NCBI RefSeq assembly: GCF_000148385.1
Contig: NC_014537.1
Span: forward strand, 1,800,001 to 1,832,000
Direction of reading: 5' to 3'
DNA length: 32,000 bases
Origin: Vulcanisaeta distributa DSM 14429
GTDB lineage: Archaea > Thermoproteota > Thermoprotei > Thermoproteales > Thermocladiaceae
This document shows positions 15,589-25,608 of this stretch, in pieces. How positions within the stretch are numbered: position 1 is the stretch's first letter; every line of letters starts with the position of its first letter. The notes below the pieces were generated by a model. It was given only the letters and a program-made list of their open reading frames with translations, ran no database searches and was not told the DNA's origin. The position numbers and the translations under genes are program-made.

Positions 15589-16660
15589 GAATCCTAATCA
15601 GTGGTGGTGCAGCGCTTACGTTGCCGTAAAATATCGCTGGCGTTAATGGCTCAATACCGAGCTTTTTCATTAATTCATGACCACCCGGCGTTAATAGATA
15701 TATTATCAATTCCTCAGCAAGCACCTTATTAGGTGCCTGGTTGGGTATTGTCAAGGCAAGCTGAATGGGCGCACCCTTAACCACTAGGTTTTGCCCATTA
15801 ACTACTATGGTGACGTAAGACTCACTGTAATAACTTGAGTATGCAGGGTCCCCTAAATTAACCTGAGGCGGCAGTGGGAAGTAGGGCAACCCAGCACTTT
15901 CGGCCGACGATTTGTAAATCGCGATGTCAAACCAAACCTTACCTGTCTCAACGGGACCAAACAACTCACTACCAGCAAGTACCTCGTAGACATTGCCCGT
16001 GCTGTTAGCATAATTGAATAGGTTAACGTAGTAATTCCTCCCTAACCCCCAGTAAATGCCGGTTAACTGAAGCACCATTAATGCCCTATAGCCCTCGGGA
16101 TCCGTATTCGGGTTAGACATGCCTATGGCATAGGCGCCGTAATCACGTGCCAAGTCAAGAGTTTTGTTTGAAAATATTAAGTCGAGGAATTCCCTAGTTA
16201 TGATCATGGCCTCGGTGTAATTACCATCCCTCAATGCCTCCTCCTCAGCCATTGTTAGGTTATTAACAGTATTCAGTAATGATTTAGGCATGTTAGGCGA
16301 GTACGCGATGACCATTTGATCACCAGCAATGGCTATGTACCAACTCGTTATATTACTTGGGTATAGAAGTGACGTTAATATGTACGGGTCTATACTCGCA
16401 TAGATTGAATAACCACTTGGGTTAAGTATAACCTGCCTTGCCGCCTGTACGGAGCCCATGCCGGTTACAACAACGTTAATCCCCAACTCCCTACCTGCCT
16501 CCCTAAATAACTGCGCATATAATGATGCAGTGATTACGCTTAGGGCTTGCTGCGTTACCGCCTTAGGTGTTTGAGATTGGTGAATTGATGGTATTGAATA
16601 CCCTATTAATAAGCCCACTAATAATGAGATCACCACTGATGCTATTACGCCGGCCTTCAT
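15554..16660 (-). CDS. wtpA: tungstate/molybdate substrate-binding protein (WtpA-like)
   Basis: 368 aa with an N-terminal TM/signal anchor. GMSNPNTDPEGYRALMVLQL, AIYKSSAESAGLPYFPLP and the C-terminal LTIPNQAPNKVLAEE…GIEPL segment parallel my recollection of Pyrococcus WtpA. Confidence 0.65.
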   Translation of the reverse strand: MKAGVIASVVISLLVGLLIGYSIPSIHQSQTPKAVTQQALSVITASLYAQLFREAGRELGINVVVTGMGSVQAARQVILNPSGYSIYASIDPYILTSLLYPSNITSWYIAIAGDQMVIAYSPNMPKSLLNTVNNLTMAEEEALRDGNYTEAMIITREFLDLIFSNKTLDLARDYGAYAIGMSNPNTDPEGYRALMVLQLTGIYWGLGRNYYVNLFNYANSTGNVYEVLAGSELFGPVETGKVWFDIAIYKSSAESAGLPYFPLPPQVNLGDPAYSSYYSESYVTIVVNGQNLVVKGAPIQLALTIPNQAPNKVLAEELIIYLLTPGGHELMKKLGIEPLTPAIFYGNVSAAPPLIRILVNSSLLKYGG

Positions 16661-16758
16661 TGAGTTACGGTACCTAATGCGCTTATTTTAAGATAGTTCT
16701 GCTAATTTATCATTAAAGTATTTTAAGTTAATTTATACAGTGATTATATTGTATAAGA

Positions 16759-17451
16759 ATGGTAAGGACGAACTTCGATGCGCGTAAGTCAATCTTCGTT
16801 AAGAGACTGATTGAGGAGAGTAATCAGCATAGGGTTGACTTTGACATTTATGACTTCCTGCTAACCTTTAATAAGTCGTTGAATGATTACTACACAACGA
16901 GTAGTTGCAGCGGCCGTATCGCCTTAGCCAAGGCTCCACGACTTAGCTACTCAAAGGGTTCAGGGCTTTTTAAATTCGTTGCTAAGTGGCATAGACCTGT
17001 TACCTACAGTGAGATAATCAACGTCATTAATGAGGTTGGTGATGGTGATGTGTGGTTACTTGTTAGGGCACCGATAATGCACTTTGTGGCCAGGGACCTA
17101 AATGGTGCATTAAGGATATTAAGGATCGCGAGGGAGGCTGGGTTTAAGCATAGTGGTATTTACTCCGTGACTCATGACGGAGTTGTGGTTGAGGTTCAAG
17201 GTGAGGATCGCTTTGAGGTTCCCATAGTAATTAATGGTAGGTTAATAGTGCCCACAGAGGAACTGAGGCGTATTGTTGATGTGGCCAATGAAACGTTAAT
17301 ATTTGGGAAGTTTAGGCTGGCGCACTTAATACGGTTAATAGAGGTTAAGTTGCTTGGTCGGACTGACCTGGGCGACATGCCTAGAACGTATTTCAGGGAG
17401 TCTTATAGAGAGTTTAATGTTGAAAATATAAGTATTGAGAATTCCATATAA
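16759..17451 (+). CDS. taw3: tRNA wyosine-derivative methyltransferase Taw3/TYW3
   Basis: 230 aa. Carries the hallmark YYTTSSCSGRI, plus WLLVRAPIMHF and GFKHSGI. Confidence 0.8.
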   Translation: MVRTNFDARKSIFVKRLIEESNQHRVDFDIYDFLLTFNKSLNDYYTTSSCSGRIALAKAPRLSYSKGSGLFKFVAKWHRPVTYSEIINVINEVGDGDVWLLVRAPIMHFVARDLNGALRILRIAREAGFKHSGIYSVTHDGVVVEVQGEDRFEVPIVINGRLIVPTEELRRIVDVANETLIFGKFRLAHLIRLIEVKLLGRTDLGDMPRTYFRESYREFNVENISIENSI

Positions 17452-17522
17452 TTACGTATTGAATTATCGTTAGGAATATTTCAGCGGAATAAGATTTTTA
17501 AATGAATTTTTCAATCGCCATC

Positions 17523-18316
17523 ATGGTGGGACAATTGCAACGGTAAAGGAACCAATCCTTGAGGTTATCGATGTTGGTTATAGCTACAAGACTGAGAAGG
17601 GTCCCATACCAGTCCTCAAGAACATAAATTTTAAGGTTCATTCTCACGAATTTGTATCCATAGTTGCACCGACAGGCACTGGAAAGACGACATTACTTAG
17701 GATAATAGCCGGCTTAAGGAGGCCAGATAGCGGTAAGGTGCTTCTTATGGGCGAGGAAGTTAAGGGACCAACGCCTAAGCTTGCCATGATATTTCAGGAC
17801 TTTGCCCTCTACCCCTGGCTTACGGCACTCGAGAATGTGGAACTGGCGCTACTTCATAGGAAGGATCTTAGTAAGGAGGTTAGGAGGGAAATTGCTCGGA
17901 AGTACCTCGAGCTGGTGGGCCTCGGTGGTTTTGAGGATTATTACCCAAGGGAGTTGAGTGGTGGTATGAAGCAGAGGGTGGCGATTGCAAGGGCGCTAGC
18001 TGCGCAGCCAGTGGTTTTGCTGATGGACGAGCCCTTCGCAAACCTAGACGCAATAACCGCCGAGGGCCTTAGGGCCGAGATATATAACATGGTTTTTAAT
18101 GAGGAGTCCACAGTAAGGGCCATCATAATGGTCAGCCATAACCTTGAGGAGGTCGTGGAATTGAGTGATAAGGTGATAATACTTGGTGGGAGGCCCGCGA
18201 GTATTATTGCCGAGGTCGAGATTAAGTTGCCAAGGCCTAGGAATACGAGGGATATAGAGTTCCAGGATTATCTAGATAGACTTTACTCCCTGCTGTCGAT
18301 AAGCCTTAAGGTTTAG
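17523..18316 (+). CDS. ABC transporter ATP-binding protein (NitT/TauT family) with a start-proximal frame problem
   Basis: The frame is open from 17474. Motifs: Walker A APTGTGKTT (17666-17692), Q-loop MIFQDFALYPW, signature LSGGMKQRVAIARAL, and Walker B VLLMDEPF. The first in-frame ATG/GTG/TTG is GTG 17738, downstream of Walker A. The promoter-proximal ATG 17523 (TATA at 17495-17503) is in a different frame and hits TAA at 17544. Confidence 0.75.
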
Positions 18317-18319
18317 GCG

Positions 18320-19990
18320 ATGGCTATGGGCATTTGGTCCATAGCCCTCATAGCGTTCTTGGCAACACTTGCTACATTTGGTAGGGTTACGCTAACGATA
18401 GTGCTTGGTATAGTGCTTGGTTGGTTCCTGGGTTACGCCGCGGCTAAGAGTGGACTCTTTGAGAGGGTATTCCTATCAATCACCCAGACACTTGAGGCCG
18501 TCCCGGTCATTACATTCTTCCCAATAGTCCTGGTATTCTTCGTCAAGTCAATAGGTGGTTACATAGGTACTGAATTAGCCGTAGACTTCCTGGTTTTCAC
18601 GGCTGTTGTTTGGAACATATGGGTCGGTGAGTATGAGGCCATAAAAACCGCGCCCCAGTCACTTGAGGATGCCGCTGAGATGTTTAACCTCAGCTTCTGG
18701 GGTAGGTTTAGGTACTTATATATACCGGTCACAATGCCCAGGGTCGCTGGTAACGTCTTAGTTAGCTTCGCTGATGCCTTATTCTACATAGTAGTTAGTG
18801 AGGTGATTACGCTGGGTACCACGCAGTACTCCGTCTTCGGCATAGGCGCGTTGATAGCCTCCTGGACGAGTAAGGGCGAGTGGGTACCCGCATTTGTAGG
18901 GTTAGGTATATTGGTCGTGATGGTAACCGCGGTACTCTTCGGGGTGCTTAGGCCATTCGTTAACTGGGCCGTTAAGTATAGTTACGACCCATTCATGGAG
19001 GTTACAAGGACGAGGATTAGGAGGCCCATAATAACAAGCCGCGTTAGATCACTGGCTGCTAGGAATATGAGGTACATAAGAAGGGTTGTGGCTGTTGAGG
19101 ATGCAATAATGCCGATATTCATAAGGGCGTCTAGCTATGCCGTTAGGCATAGACTATTAGTGAGGCCTAGGCCTAGAAACATAATAACCAGGACTGAGAA
19201 GTACATAGGCATAGGCGTGGCTACGGCTATTATCATTCTCTTGGCATACTTAATCTATAGTTCCTGGCAAGTGACATGGGTTCCAATAATAAATAACTTA
19301 TACGATCACGGTTTACTTTACCTTTATTACCTTGGACTTGATTGGTTAAGGATTGCCTTAGTTACCGCCGCCTCGATAATAACCGCGATCCCAATCAATT
19401 ATTTAATGGTTACGCATAGGAGGGTTGAGGCAATATTGCTACCAATACTTGAGGATTTGGCGTCAATACCGGTATCAGCTTACTTGCCATTAATTGCAAT
19501 ACCCTTCACGACATACGTAGCCACCACACTTGGGCTCCACGTATCTCTTGAGTTATTAGTATTCCTTGTGGCTTACCTAAGCACTGCCTGGTACGTGATT
19601 TATAACATGTATGTTGGTATGAAGACGATACCCAGGAGTCTGTGGGATGTGGCTGAGAACCTGAGGTTAGGGACGTGGCAGAAGCTCAGGAGGTTAGCCA
19701 TACCAGGCGCCATGCCCGCTACAATAACTGGGCTTGCCAGCACGATTGGCTCGACATGGGGAGGGCTTGAGGTTGCTGAATACATTCAGGGCCTTAATGG
19801 GCAGGTTTACATGGTCCATGGATACACCGCCCTAATGGATTACTACACGGCGGTAGGCAACGTGGTTGGTCTTGAGGCTATGAGCTTAATACTTGCCATA
19901 AACGTAATACTACTTAGTGTATTCCTCTGGAGGAGACTGTTTAAGTTGGCTAGAGAGAGATATAGGCTTGAAGGTGCAATAACCCTTTGA
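18320..19990 (+). CDS. ABC transporter permease, tandem-fused (two SsuC/TauC-like domains)
   Basis: 556 aa with two EAA-type loops (EDAAEMFNLSFWGRFRYLYIPVTMP and WDVAENLRLGTWQKLRRLAIPGAMP) separated by an Arg-rich linker. Confidence 0.8.
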   Translation: MAMGIWSIALIAFLATLATFGRVTLTIVLGIVLGWFLGYAAAKSGLFERVFLSITQTLEAVPVITFFPIVLVFFVKSIGGYIGTELAVDFLVFTAVVWNIWVGEYEAIKTAPQSLEDAAEMFNLSFWGRFRYLYIPVTMPRVAGNVLVSFADALFYIVVSEVITLGTTQYSVFGIGALIASWTSKGEWVPAFVGLGILVVMVTAVLFGVLRPFVNWAVKYSYDPFMEVTRTRIRRPIITSRVRSLAARNMRYIRRVVAVEDAIMPIFIRASSYAVRHRLLVRPRPRNIITRTEKYIGIGVATAIIILLAYLIYSSWQVTWVPIINNLYDHGLLYLYYLGLDWLRIALVTAASIITAIPINYLMVTHRRVEAILLPILEDLASIPVSAYLPLIAIPFTTYVATTLGLHVSLELLVFLVAYLSTAWYVIYNMYVGMKTIPRSLWDVAENLRLGTWQKLRRLAIPGAMPATITGLASTIGSTWGGLEVAEYIQGLNGQVYMVHGYTALMDYYTAVGNVVGLEAMSLILAINVILLSVFLWRRLFKLARERYRLEGAITL

Positions 19991-20070
19991 TCTTATTCTA
20001 CGCTATTTACCTCAATCGCGTGTAATAAGACTTATAAGTATTCTAATGCATACATGTAAATAGAAGTGCT

Positions 20071-20745
20071 ATGTCTAAGGAGGGCCAGGGGCAGGAGGGT
20101 GAGGAGGCGTACTCTAGAACCACTATTATGGTCCCTAAGAACATCGCATCCGAACTTTCACGAGTAGCTAAGACTAGGGGAAGGACATTATTCCATGTAG
20201 CTGGTGAGGGCTTAAGATTAACAACGGAGCTCATTAAGGATGGTTTCGAGCCGTCAGACCTAATTTACTTCTGGAGATTGTATAAAATCCTTAGCTCAAT
20301 GGATGTAATACCAATGCCCATGAAATTGATTGAGGAGGTGTGCACACACGTAACATCCGTATTAATAAATTTCTCCAACAATGAGAAGTTACCAGCTGAA
20401 TTTAGGGAGGAGGCGGGTAAAGCCGTGAATGAGCTATGGAATATTTATGAGAAATACGGGCATCAGGTGGGTGCGTTAATTAGGATGGAATTCGACAATC
20501 TTGAGGAGCTTCTTGAGGCGGTCTCGAGGGTTAGTCGATTATTGGCCGTTAGGCATGTCGAAGTTAAGAAGTTGGGTCCTAACACCATTGAGTTAATGGC
20601 GATAGGCCCCAGTGGGACTTCTGATATTGGTAATAAGGCGCTTTTATCATTTATTAGGGGATTCGTCACTCAATATGATTATGAGGTTGTCTCTGAGGAG
20701 GCGAGGGCCAACGTGCTCAGGGTAGTATTACAGAAGAAGGCCTAG
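20071..20745 (+). CDS. hypothetical protein, possible N-terminal ribbon-helix-helix
   Basis: 224 aa. TTIMVPKNIASELSRVAKTRGRTLFHVAGEGLRL has a strand-helix-helix pattern. The rest is unassigned. Confidence 0.4.
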   Translation: MSKEGQGQEGEEAYSRTTIMVPKNIASELSRVAKTRGRTLFHVAGEGLRLTTELIKDGFEPSDLIYFWRLYKILSSMDVIPMPMKLIEEVCTHVTSVLINFSNNEKLPAEFREEAGKAVNELWNIYEKYGHQVGALIRMEFDNLEELLEAVSRVSRLLAVRHVEVKKLGPNTIELMAIGPSGTSDIGNKALLSFIRGFVTQYDYEVVSEEARANVLRVVLQKKA

Positions 20746-20779
20746 TGCAGGGTTATTATCAATAATTTTCAGTTTTATA

Positions 20780-21214
20780 TCATATTATTATTGTTGCTAG
20801 GTTTGAGATGCCGGGCCACCTCAGGGCTGCCTCCATGGCCACTGGACCGTGTATCTCACTGCCCTTTGGTGCGCCGTTTTCATCGGTAATCACCACGGCA
20901 TTATCCTCAAAGGCTATCCAGGTACCGTCAGGTCTCCTATACGGTCTCCTCTGCCTAATGACAATGGCCCTAAGTATCTGCTTCCTAACCTCAGGCTTTC
21001 CCTCAACAACGCTAACAACGACCATGTCGCCAACAGAGGCCCCGGGTATCTCCCTATGAACAGGCTTCGCAGTATGCCCTATAATGCCTATGACCCTGAC
21101 CAGCTTAGCACCACTATTATCCGCTACAGGGACTAAGCTGTTTATGAATATACCTGGTGTCTTATGGAACCTCCAACTAACGCCTACTTGACGCGCACCG
21201 CCTCTTTTCGCCAT
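20780..21214 (-). CDS. rpl14: 50S ribosomal protein uL14
   Basis: Motifs: [51 protein letters not shown] and GPVA.EAA.RWP. I prefer ATG 21214 (MAKRGG) over the track's TTG 21226. Confidence 0.9.
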   Translation of the reverse strand: MAKRGGARQVGVSWRFHKTPGIFINSLVPVADNSGAKLVRVIGIIGHTAKPVHREIPGASVGDMVVVSVVEGKPEVRKQILRAIVIRQRRPYRRPDGTWIAFEDNAVVITDENGAPKGSEIHGPVAMEAALRWPGISNLATIII

Positions 21215-21254
21215 TGATAATGCCAACCACGCTTGCCTTATTAAACTTATCCAC

Positions 21255-23030
21255 CTATTCCCTAACGATTAATTGAAGACCCATTGACTTAGCGATCTCC
21301 GTTATTGATAACCTCCTTAAAACTGCATCATTAATTATCCTGATGACCTCACTTATGTTAACCCTAACCTGGGCCTTAGTATCCCTATCCCTAATCGTTA
21401 CTGTATTGTCAGCTGGGGTCTTATCATCTATTGTTATTGCGAAGGGCACGCCTATGGAATCATACTTAGCATACCTACTGCCTATTGTCCCATCATCATC
21501 GTAAACAGCCCTTATCCCAGCCAGCGATAATTCCTTAAAGATCCTCTTGCCAATACTCACATACTCCTGCTTCTTAATTATTGGTAAAACCACGGCCTTT
21601 ATTGGCGCAATGTCAGGCGGCAACCTAAGCAGCGGCTTCCCATTAACCTCCGTATATGCGTGTTCCAGGGTTACATAGACGATCCTATCGACGCCGAAGG
21701 AGGGCTCAACATCATGCGGAATAAACCTCTCAATATGCACTTTCCTCCTCTCCTCCTTAATGAAAACCATATCGCTCGTTATGGTATACCCCTCAATGAC
21801 GGCCTTACCCCTGCTAGCTAATTCACTAGCTAACCACCTTGGGTCAGCCCTACCGATGGCCTGCATGACCTTAGCCATCTCATTACCAAAGACCTCCCTA
21901 ATCCTCTGCGGGTTTGGGTAAACCCTAGCCTCAATAACCTCCTTTGGCGTGGCCAACCTCCTCTCAACTGTTAGGTCATAACCACTGTACTTAGCATGCC
22001 TACTGAGGTCGTAGTCGGTCCTATACGCATGACCGCTGACCTCAACCCAACCAAACCTCTCACTGTAAACCATCTGGTCAAAGCTAGCCGCTGAGTAGTG
22101 AGCTCTCTCCTCAGGTAATTTAGCGAGGAAGTACTGATGATCAAGCGGTACGCCAAGTTCGTTCATGTATATCGTGGCCAAGCCCATGAAGAACGCCATC
22201 CACTCATTAGGCACAACACCGTTCTCAACGGCCTCCTTAGGTCTAAACTCCCTGGGCTCCTTAACGCCAGCCGCAACGTCCCTCTCAGGTATTATCCTTA
22301 ACTTAACGTCCAACTCATCGAGGTATGGGCACTTGGCATTTTCTGGGTCAAAGAAGAACTCAATCTCCATCTGTGTGAACTCCCTAAGTCTAATTAAGCC
22401 CTGCCTGGGTGATATCTCATTCCTGCCGACCTTACCGATCTGGGCAATACCGAGTGGTAACTTCCTACCCATTAGATTAAATACCCTTGGGAATGACACG
22501 AACATTCCCTGGGCAGTCTCAGGTCTCAGGTAACCAATGTTATCGCTGTAAGGTCCTATTGTAGTTTGAAACAATAGGTTAAAGGGCTTAACATTACCCA
22601 ACTCGCCACCACAAACAGGGCATTTAATGCCATACTTCCTAATTAACCCGTCAAGCTCCTCAAGACTTAAACCCTCGGTCTTTATCGAAATGCCCCTCTT
22701 ACCAAGCTCCTCCTCTATCAAGTGATCAGCCCTGAACTTGCGACCACACTTGGTGCACTCAACGATTGCATCCGTAAAATGCTCAAGGTGTCCACTGGCC
22801 TCAAATACTATCTTCGGCATTATTATCGGCGTCTCAACCTCAACTATGAAGTCTTGGTATGGGTAAATGAAGACCCTACGCCACTTCTCAATGATGTTCC
22901 TCTTCAATTCAACGCCAAGTGGTCCATAATCATAGAAACCACCAACCTCAGCCTTACCCCTATAAATCTCAAAGCTCGGATAAAAGAATCCACCCTCGCT
23001 CATTAGCTCCAGGAATTTTTCGAAATCCAT
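21255..23030 (-). CDS. glyS: glycine--tRNA ligase (archaeal/eukaryotic class II type)
   Basis: 591 aa. Motifs: [29 protein letters not shown], the motif 2/3 regions, and the C-terminal anticodon-binding domain (PIKAVVLPI…). Confidence 0.9.
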   Translation of the reverse strand: MDFEKFLELMSEGGFFYPSFEIYRGKAEVGGFYDYGPLGVELKRNIIEKWRRVFIYPYQDFIVEVETPIIMPKIVFEASGHLEHFTDAIVECTKCGRKFRADHLIEEELGKRGISIKTEGLSLEELDGLIRKYGIKCPVCGGELGNVKPFNLLFQTTIGPYSDNIGYLRPETAQGMFVSFPRVFNLMGRKLPLGIAQIGKVGRNEISPRQGLIRLREFTQMEIEFFFDPENAKCPYLDELDVKLRIIPERDVAAGVKEPREFRPKEAVENGVVPNEWMAFFMGLATIYMNELGVPLDHQYFLAKLPEERAHYSAASFDQMVYSERFGWVEVSGHAYRTDYDLSRHAKYSGYDLTVERRLATPKEVIEARVYPNPQRIREVFGNEMAKVMQAIGRADPRWLASELASRGKAVIEGYTITSDMVFIKEERRKVHIERFIPHDVEPSFGVDRIVYVTLEHAYTEVNGKPLLRLPPDIAPIKAVVLPIIKKQEYVSIGKRIFKELSLAGIRAVYDDDGTIGSRYAKYDSIGVPFAITIDDKTPADNTVTIRDRDTKAQVRVNISEVIRIINDAVLRRLSITEIAKSMGLQLIVRE

Positions 23031-23066
23031 TCGTCACGATAATTACTGGGCGTATTTAAATAATTT

Positions 23067-23972
23067 TCACAGGTAATTAAGTACGTCCAATATTAACTTG
23101 ATAATCGTTGGCAACGACATTAACCCTGGGTCATTGGGCGGTGAGTACTCAACGAGATCCACCGCCTTAACTCTGGAACCGCCATAGTCGAGAACAGCCT
23201 TAATAATCCTCAGTAGCTCGCCGTAGTTAAGCCCGAAACCCTCCGGGTTACCGACACCAGGCATTATCGAGGGATCAAGAACATCAACATCAATGCTGAG
23301 GTGTATTGGCCCAGGGTAACTATCAATCACACCTCTAATGAGAAGCCTAAGCTCGTGGTAATCCATGGACCTTATATCCCTAGTTGATAATAACGTGGAA
23401 TTCTCGAGACCCCTCACAAAATTAATTTCCTCCTTATCGTATGACCTAAACCCAAGGAAAACAAGTGACTGAGGCCTAACCTGATTAATTATGTGCCTTA
23501 CGAATGTGGCATGTGATAAAGACTGCCCCAGCGGCCACTCCTCCCTTGAATCCAAGTGCGCATCTACATGTATGTAAATGCCGTATGAACCCTGTGACTC
23601 CCTAACAGCCCTGGCAACACCAAGGCTTAGCGTGTGTTCACCACCTATATTGACTACCCTACCCCATGTATTAATGGCATCCTTAACCACTAAGTTGATC
23701 CTCTCTAGATTCTTGTCGGCCATGCCCTGCATTAACGATAAATCCCCCAAATCGCAGGCCTTCTCAAGTGGGTCAATGCCCAGATCCTCGGTAGGTGTAA
23801 ATTCGAAGTACTGGCTCCAGGTCCTAATAACACTGGGCGCGAATCGTGTTCCCGGTCTAAAACTGACCGTATCTTCCATGGGTATACCAAGTATTGGTAT
23901 ACCACGGCCACACTTGGGCACTCCGAATAATGTGTATTGGGGGACGACGTAGAAGTCGATATTATTGCTCAT
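23067..23972 (-). CDS. speB: agmatinase (ureohydrolase family)
   Basis: Mn-ligand motifs: GGEHTLSLG, IHVDAHLDS and SIDVDVLDPS. 301 aa. Confidence 0.85.
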   Translation of the reverse strand: MSNNIDFYVVPQYTLFGVPKCGRGIPILGIPMEDTVSFRPGTRFAPSVIRTWSQYFEFTPTEDLGIDPLEKACDLGDLSLMQGMADKNLERINLVVKDAINTWGRVVNIGGEHTLSLGVARAVRESQGSYGIYIHVDAHLDSREEWPLGQSLSHATFVRHIINQVRPQSLVFLGFRSYDKEEINFVRGLENSTLLSTRDIRSMDYHELRLLIRGVIDSYPGPIHLSIDVDVLDPSIMPGVGNPEGFGLNYGELLRIIKAVLDYGGSRVKAVDLVEYSPPNDPGLMSLPTIIKLILDVLNYL

Positions 23973-24357
23973 GGAAAATCACCTCCATAATCCTCTCCTT
24001 AATGGCTAAGAAACTTGAATACGTAACTTCCCAGGCACTAGCCTTATTATACTCATTTAAGTCATTACCTAACTTCTCGCCAGGCTTAACTACGTAAATA
24101 TTAACACCAGCCCTTCTAAGTATGAGGTATGAGGGATAACAAAGTGAGCCGTGTGGTGCTAATACCATCGTTGCATTAAGCTCGACACACCTCTTAGCGA
24201 CCGTTGGTCTCTTATTCACGGAGTTTAGAGCTGGGTTAACCTCCTTATGAATTATGACCCCATTCTTAATAAGGACTAAGTACTGAGCCCTAGAAAATAA
24301 ATCAAATGTTAAATCCTCATTAATCGTGGTACACACAACATCATCCTTTCCGATCAT
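23962..24357 (-). CDS. small NifB/NifX-like (MTH1175-type) domain protein, putative
   Basis: FSRAQYLVLIKNG…VLAPHGSLCYPSYLILRRAGVNIYVV loosely follows the FGRAxxFxIxD…G.G..a...L...GI.v pattern. ATG 24357 (MIGKDD) is preferred to the track's TTG 24366. There is an 11-nt overlap with speB. Confidence 0.4.
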   Translation of the reverse strand: MIGKDDVVCTTINEDLTFDLFSRAQYLVLIKNGVIIHKEVNPALNSVNKRPTVAKRCVELNATMVLAPHGSLCYPSYLILRRAGVNIYVVKPGEKLGNDLNEYNKASAWEVTYSSFLAIKERIMEVIFHEQ

Positions 24358-24502
24358 TAATACCAACAGCGTGCCTCAAATATATACCTTTAAAAACATT
24401 CGGAGTTAAGTCATAAGTTTTACCTTAAGTTAGATAATACGCGTGAATTACTTTACGAAAATCTATTTAAAGGAATTAGGTAATGAGAGCTTAGAGCCCA
24501 TA

Positions 24503-24588
24503 CCTGCCTTGCATTCACACCATTGGGTCACCCAACGACCCGGCAAAACCGGGCCGCTGGGACCCAATGGTGTGGGTGCATGCAGGGG
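24503..24588 (+). ncRNA. candidate ~90-110-nt rod-like hairpin sRNA of unknown class
   Basis: A perfect 14-bp stem pairs 24516-24529 with 24561-24574. It extends outward by UG, UG, AU, CG, GC, UA and further pairs with a bulge. It extends inward via CCAACG/CGCUGG to the apical CCCGG-CAAAA-CCGGG. Two GU pairs exist only on the + strand. The TATA-like TATTTAAA at 24464-24471 is ~25 nt upstream of the GC-rich start. Confidence 0.45.
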
Positions 24589-24730
24589 GCAAATCCTCAA
24601 TTACTTAATTGTCTTATAATCTTAAGTTAATAGTTAAATTAATATGTTACGTGTTTTCTCAATGCTTTATTTATGGAAATATAGAATAAAGGGTTTATAA
24701 AAGGGCTCTATAACGAGTCCTTGACCAAGA

Positions 24731-25291
24731 ATGAGCGCATCAACCATTGAAATAACGTTTTTCGGTAGGGGTGGGCAGGGCGCCGTAACCGCTGCTCAGA
24801 TAATTGCCCAGGCAGCGATTAGGCGCGGTTTATTTGCAAGTTCGTTCCCTGAGTATGGCGCTGAACGTAGAGGCGCGCCTGTTAGGGCCTACGTTAGGTT
24901 ATCCCGAGAGCCGGTATTAGCGAGGGAACCCATTGAGAGGCCGGATATTTCCGTGGTCTTTGATACGAGACTACTAAGTGTCTTCAATATACCGCAGATA
25001 ACGAAGAGCTATATAGTCATTAATGCGTTAAGTATCGACGATGTTAGGCAGTCCATAGGTAAGTTCAGTGGTAAGGTCGTTTATGTGAATGCGTATGAAA
25101 TATCCACGAAGCATCTAGGCAAGCCTATAGTCAACACAACGATGCTTGGCGCGTTACTTAAGGTTCTTGACTTAATAGACCTAGATACCGTTAAGGAGTT
25201 GGTTTTAGAAACCTTCGGTAAGAGACTCGGTAAGTCAAATGTAGACGCTTTAGAAGAAGCTTATAAGGCGGCTGAGGTGGTCGTGCTATGA
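24731..25291 (+). CDS. porG: 2-oxoacid (pyruvate/2-ketoisovalerate):ferredoxin oxidoreductase gamma subunit
   Basis: Motifs: GRGGQGAVTAAQI and FPEYGAERRGAP. 186 aa. First gene of the gamma-delta-alpha-beta order. TTTATAAAA at ~24695 acts as the promoter. Confidence 0.85.
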   Translation: MSASTIEITFFGRGGQGAVTAAQIIAQAAIRRGLFASSFPEYGAERRGAPVRAYVRLSREPVLAREPIERPDISVVFDTRLLSVFNIPQITKSYIVINALSIDDVRQSIGKFSGKVVYVNAYEISTKHLGKPIVNTTMLGALLKVLDLIDLDTVKELVLETFGKRLGKSNVDALEEAYKAAEVVVL

Positions 25292-25608
25292 TGAAGCAAT
25301 TAACCTGGAAGGATTTACCAATCGGTGGCGTAGTTACTGAGCCAGGTAATGCGCGTAAGAACCTAACCGGTACTTGGAGGACTGAGAGACCCGTTATTGA
25401 TCAAGATGCGTGCATTAGGTGTAGGATTTGCTGGATGTATTGCCCTGAACCGGCAATACTTGAGTTGAAGAAGCCTTATGTCACGAAGACGGGCAAGAAG
25501 TATGACTTAACTTATGAGATTGATTACGACCACTGCAAGGGCTGTGGGATATGTGCCCATGAATGCCCAGTCAAGGCAATAAAGATGGTGCCAGAGGTGG
25601 CTGGGTAA
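25288..25608 (+). CDS. porD: 2-oxoacid:ferredoxin oxidoreductase delta subunit (2x[4Fe-4S])
   Basis: Two Cys clusters: CIRCRICWMYCP and CKGCGICAHECP. There is an ATGA overlap with the gamma subunit gene. Confidence 0.88.
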   Translation: MMKQLTWKDLPIGGVVTEPGNARKNLTGTWRTERPVIDQDACIRCRICWMYCPEPAILELKKPYVTKTGKKYDLTYEIDYDHCKGCGICAHECPVKAIKMVPEVAG

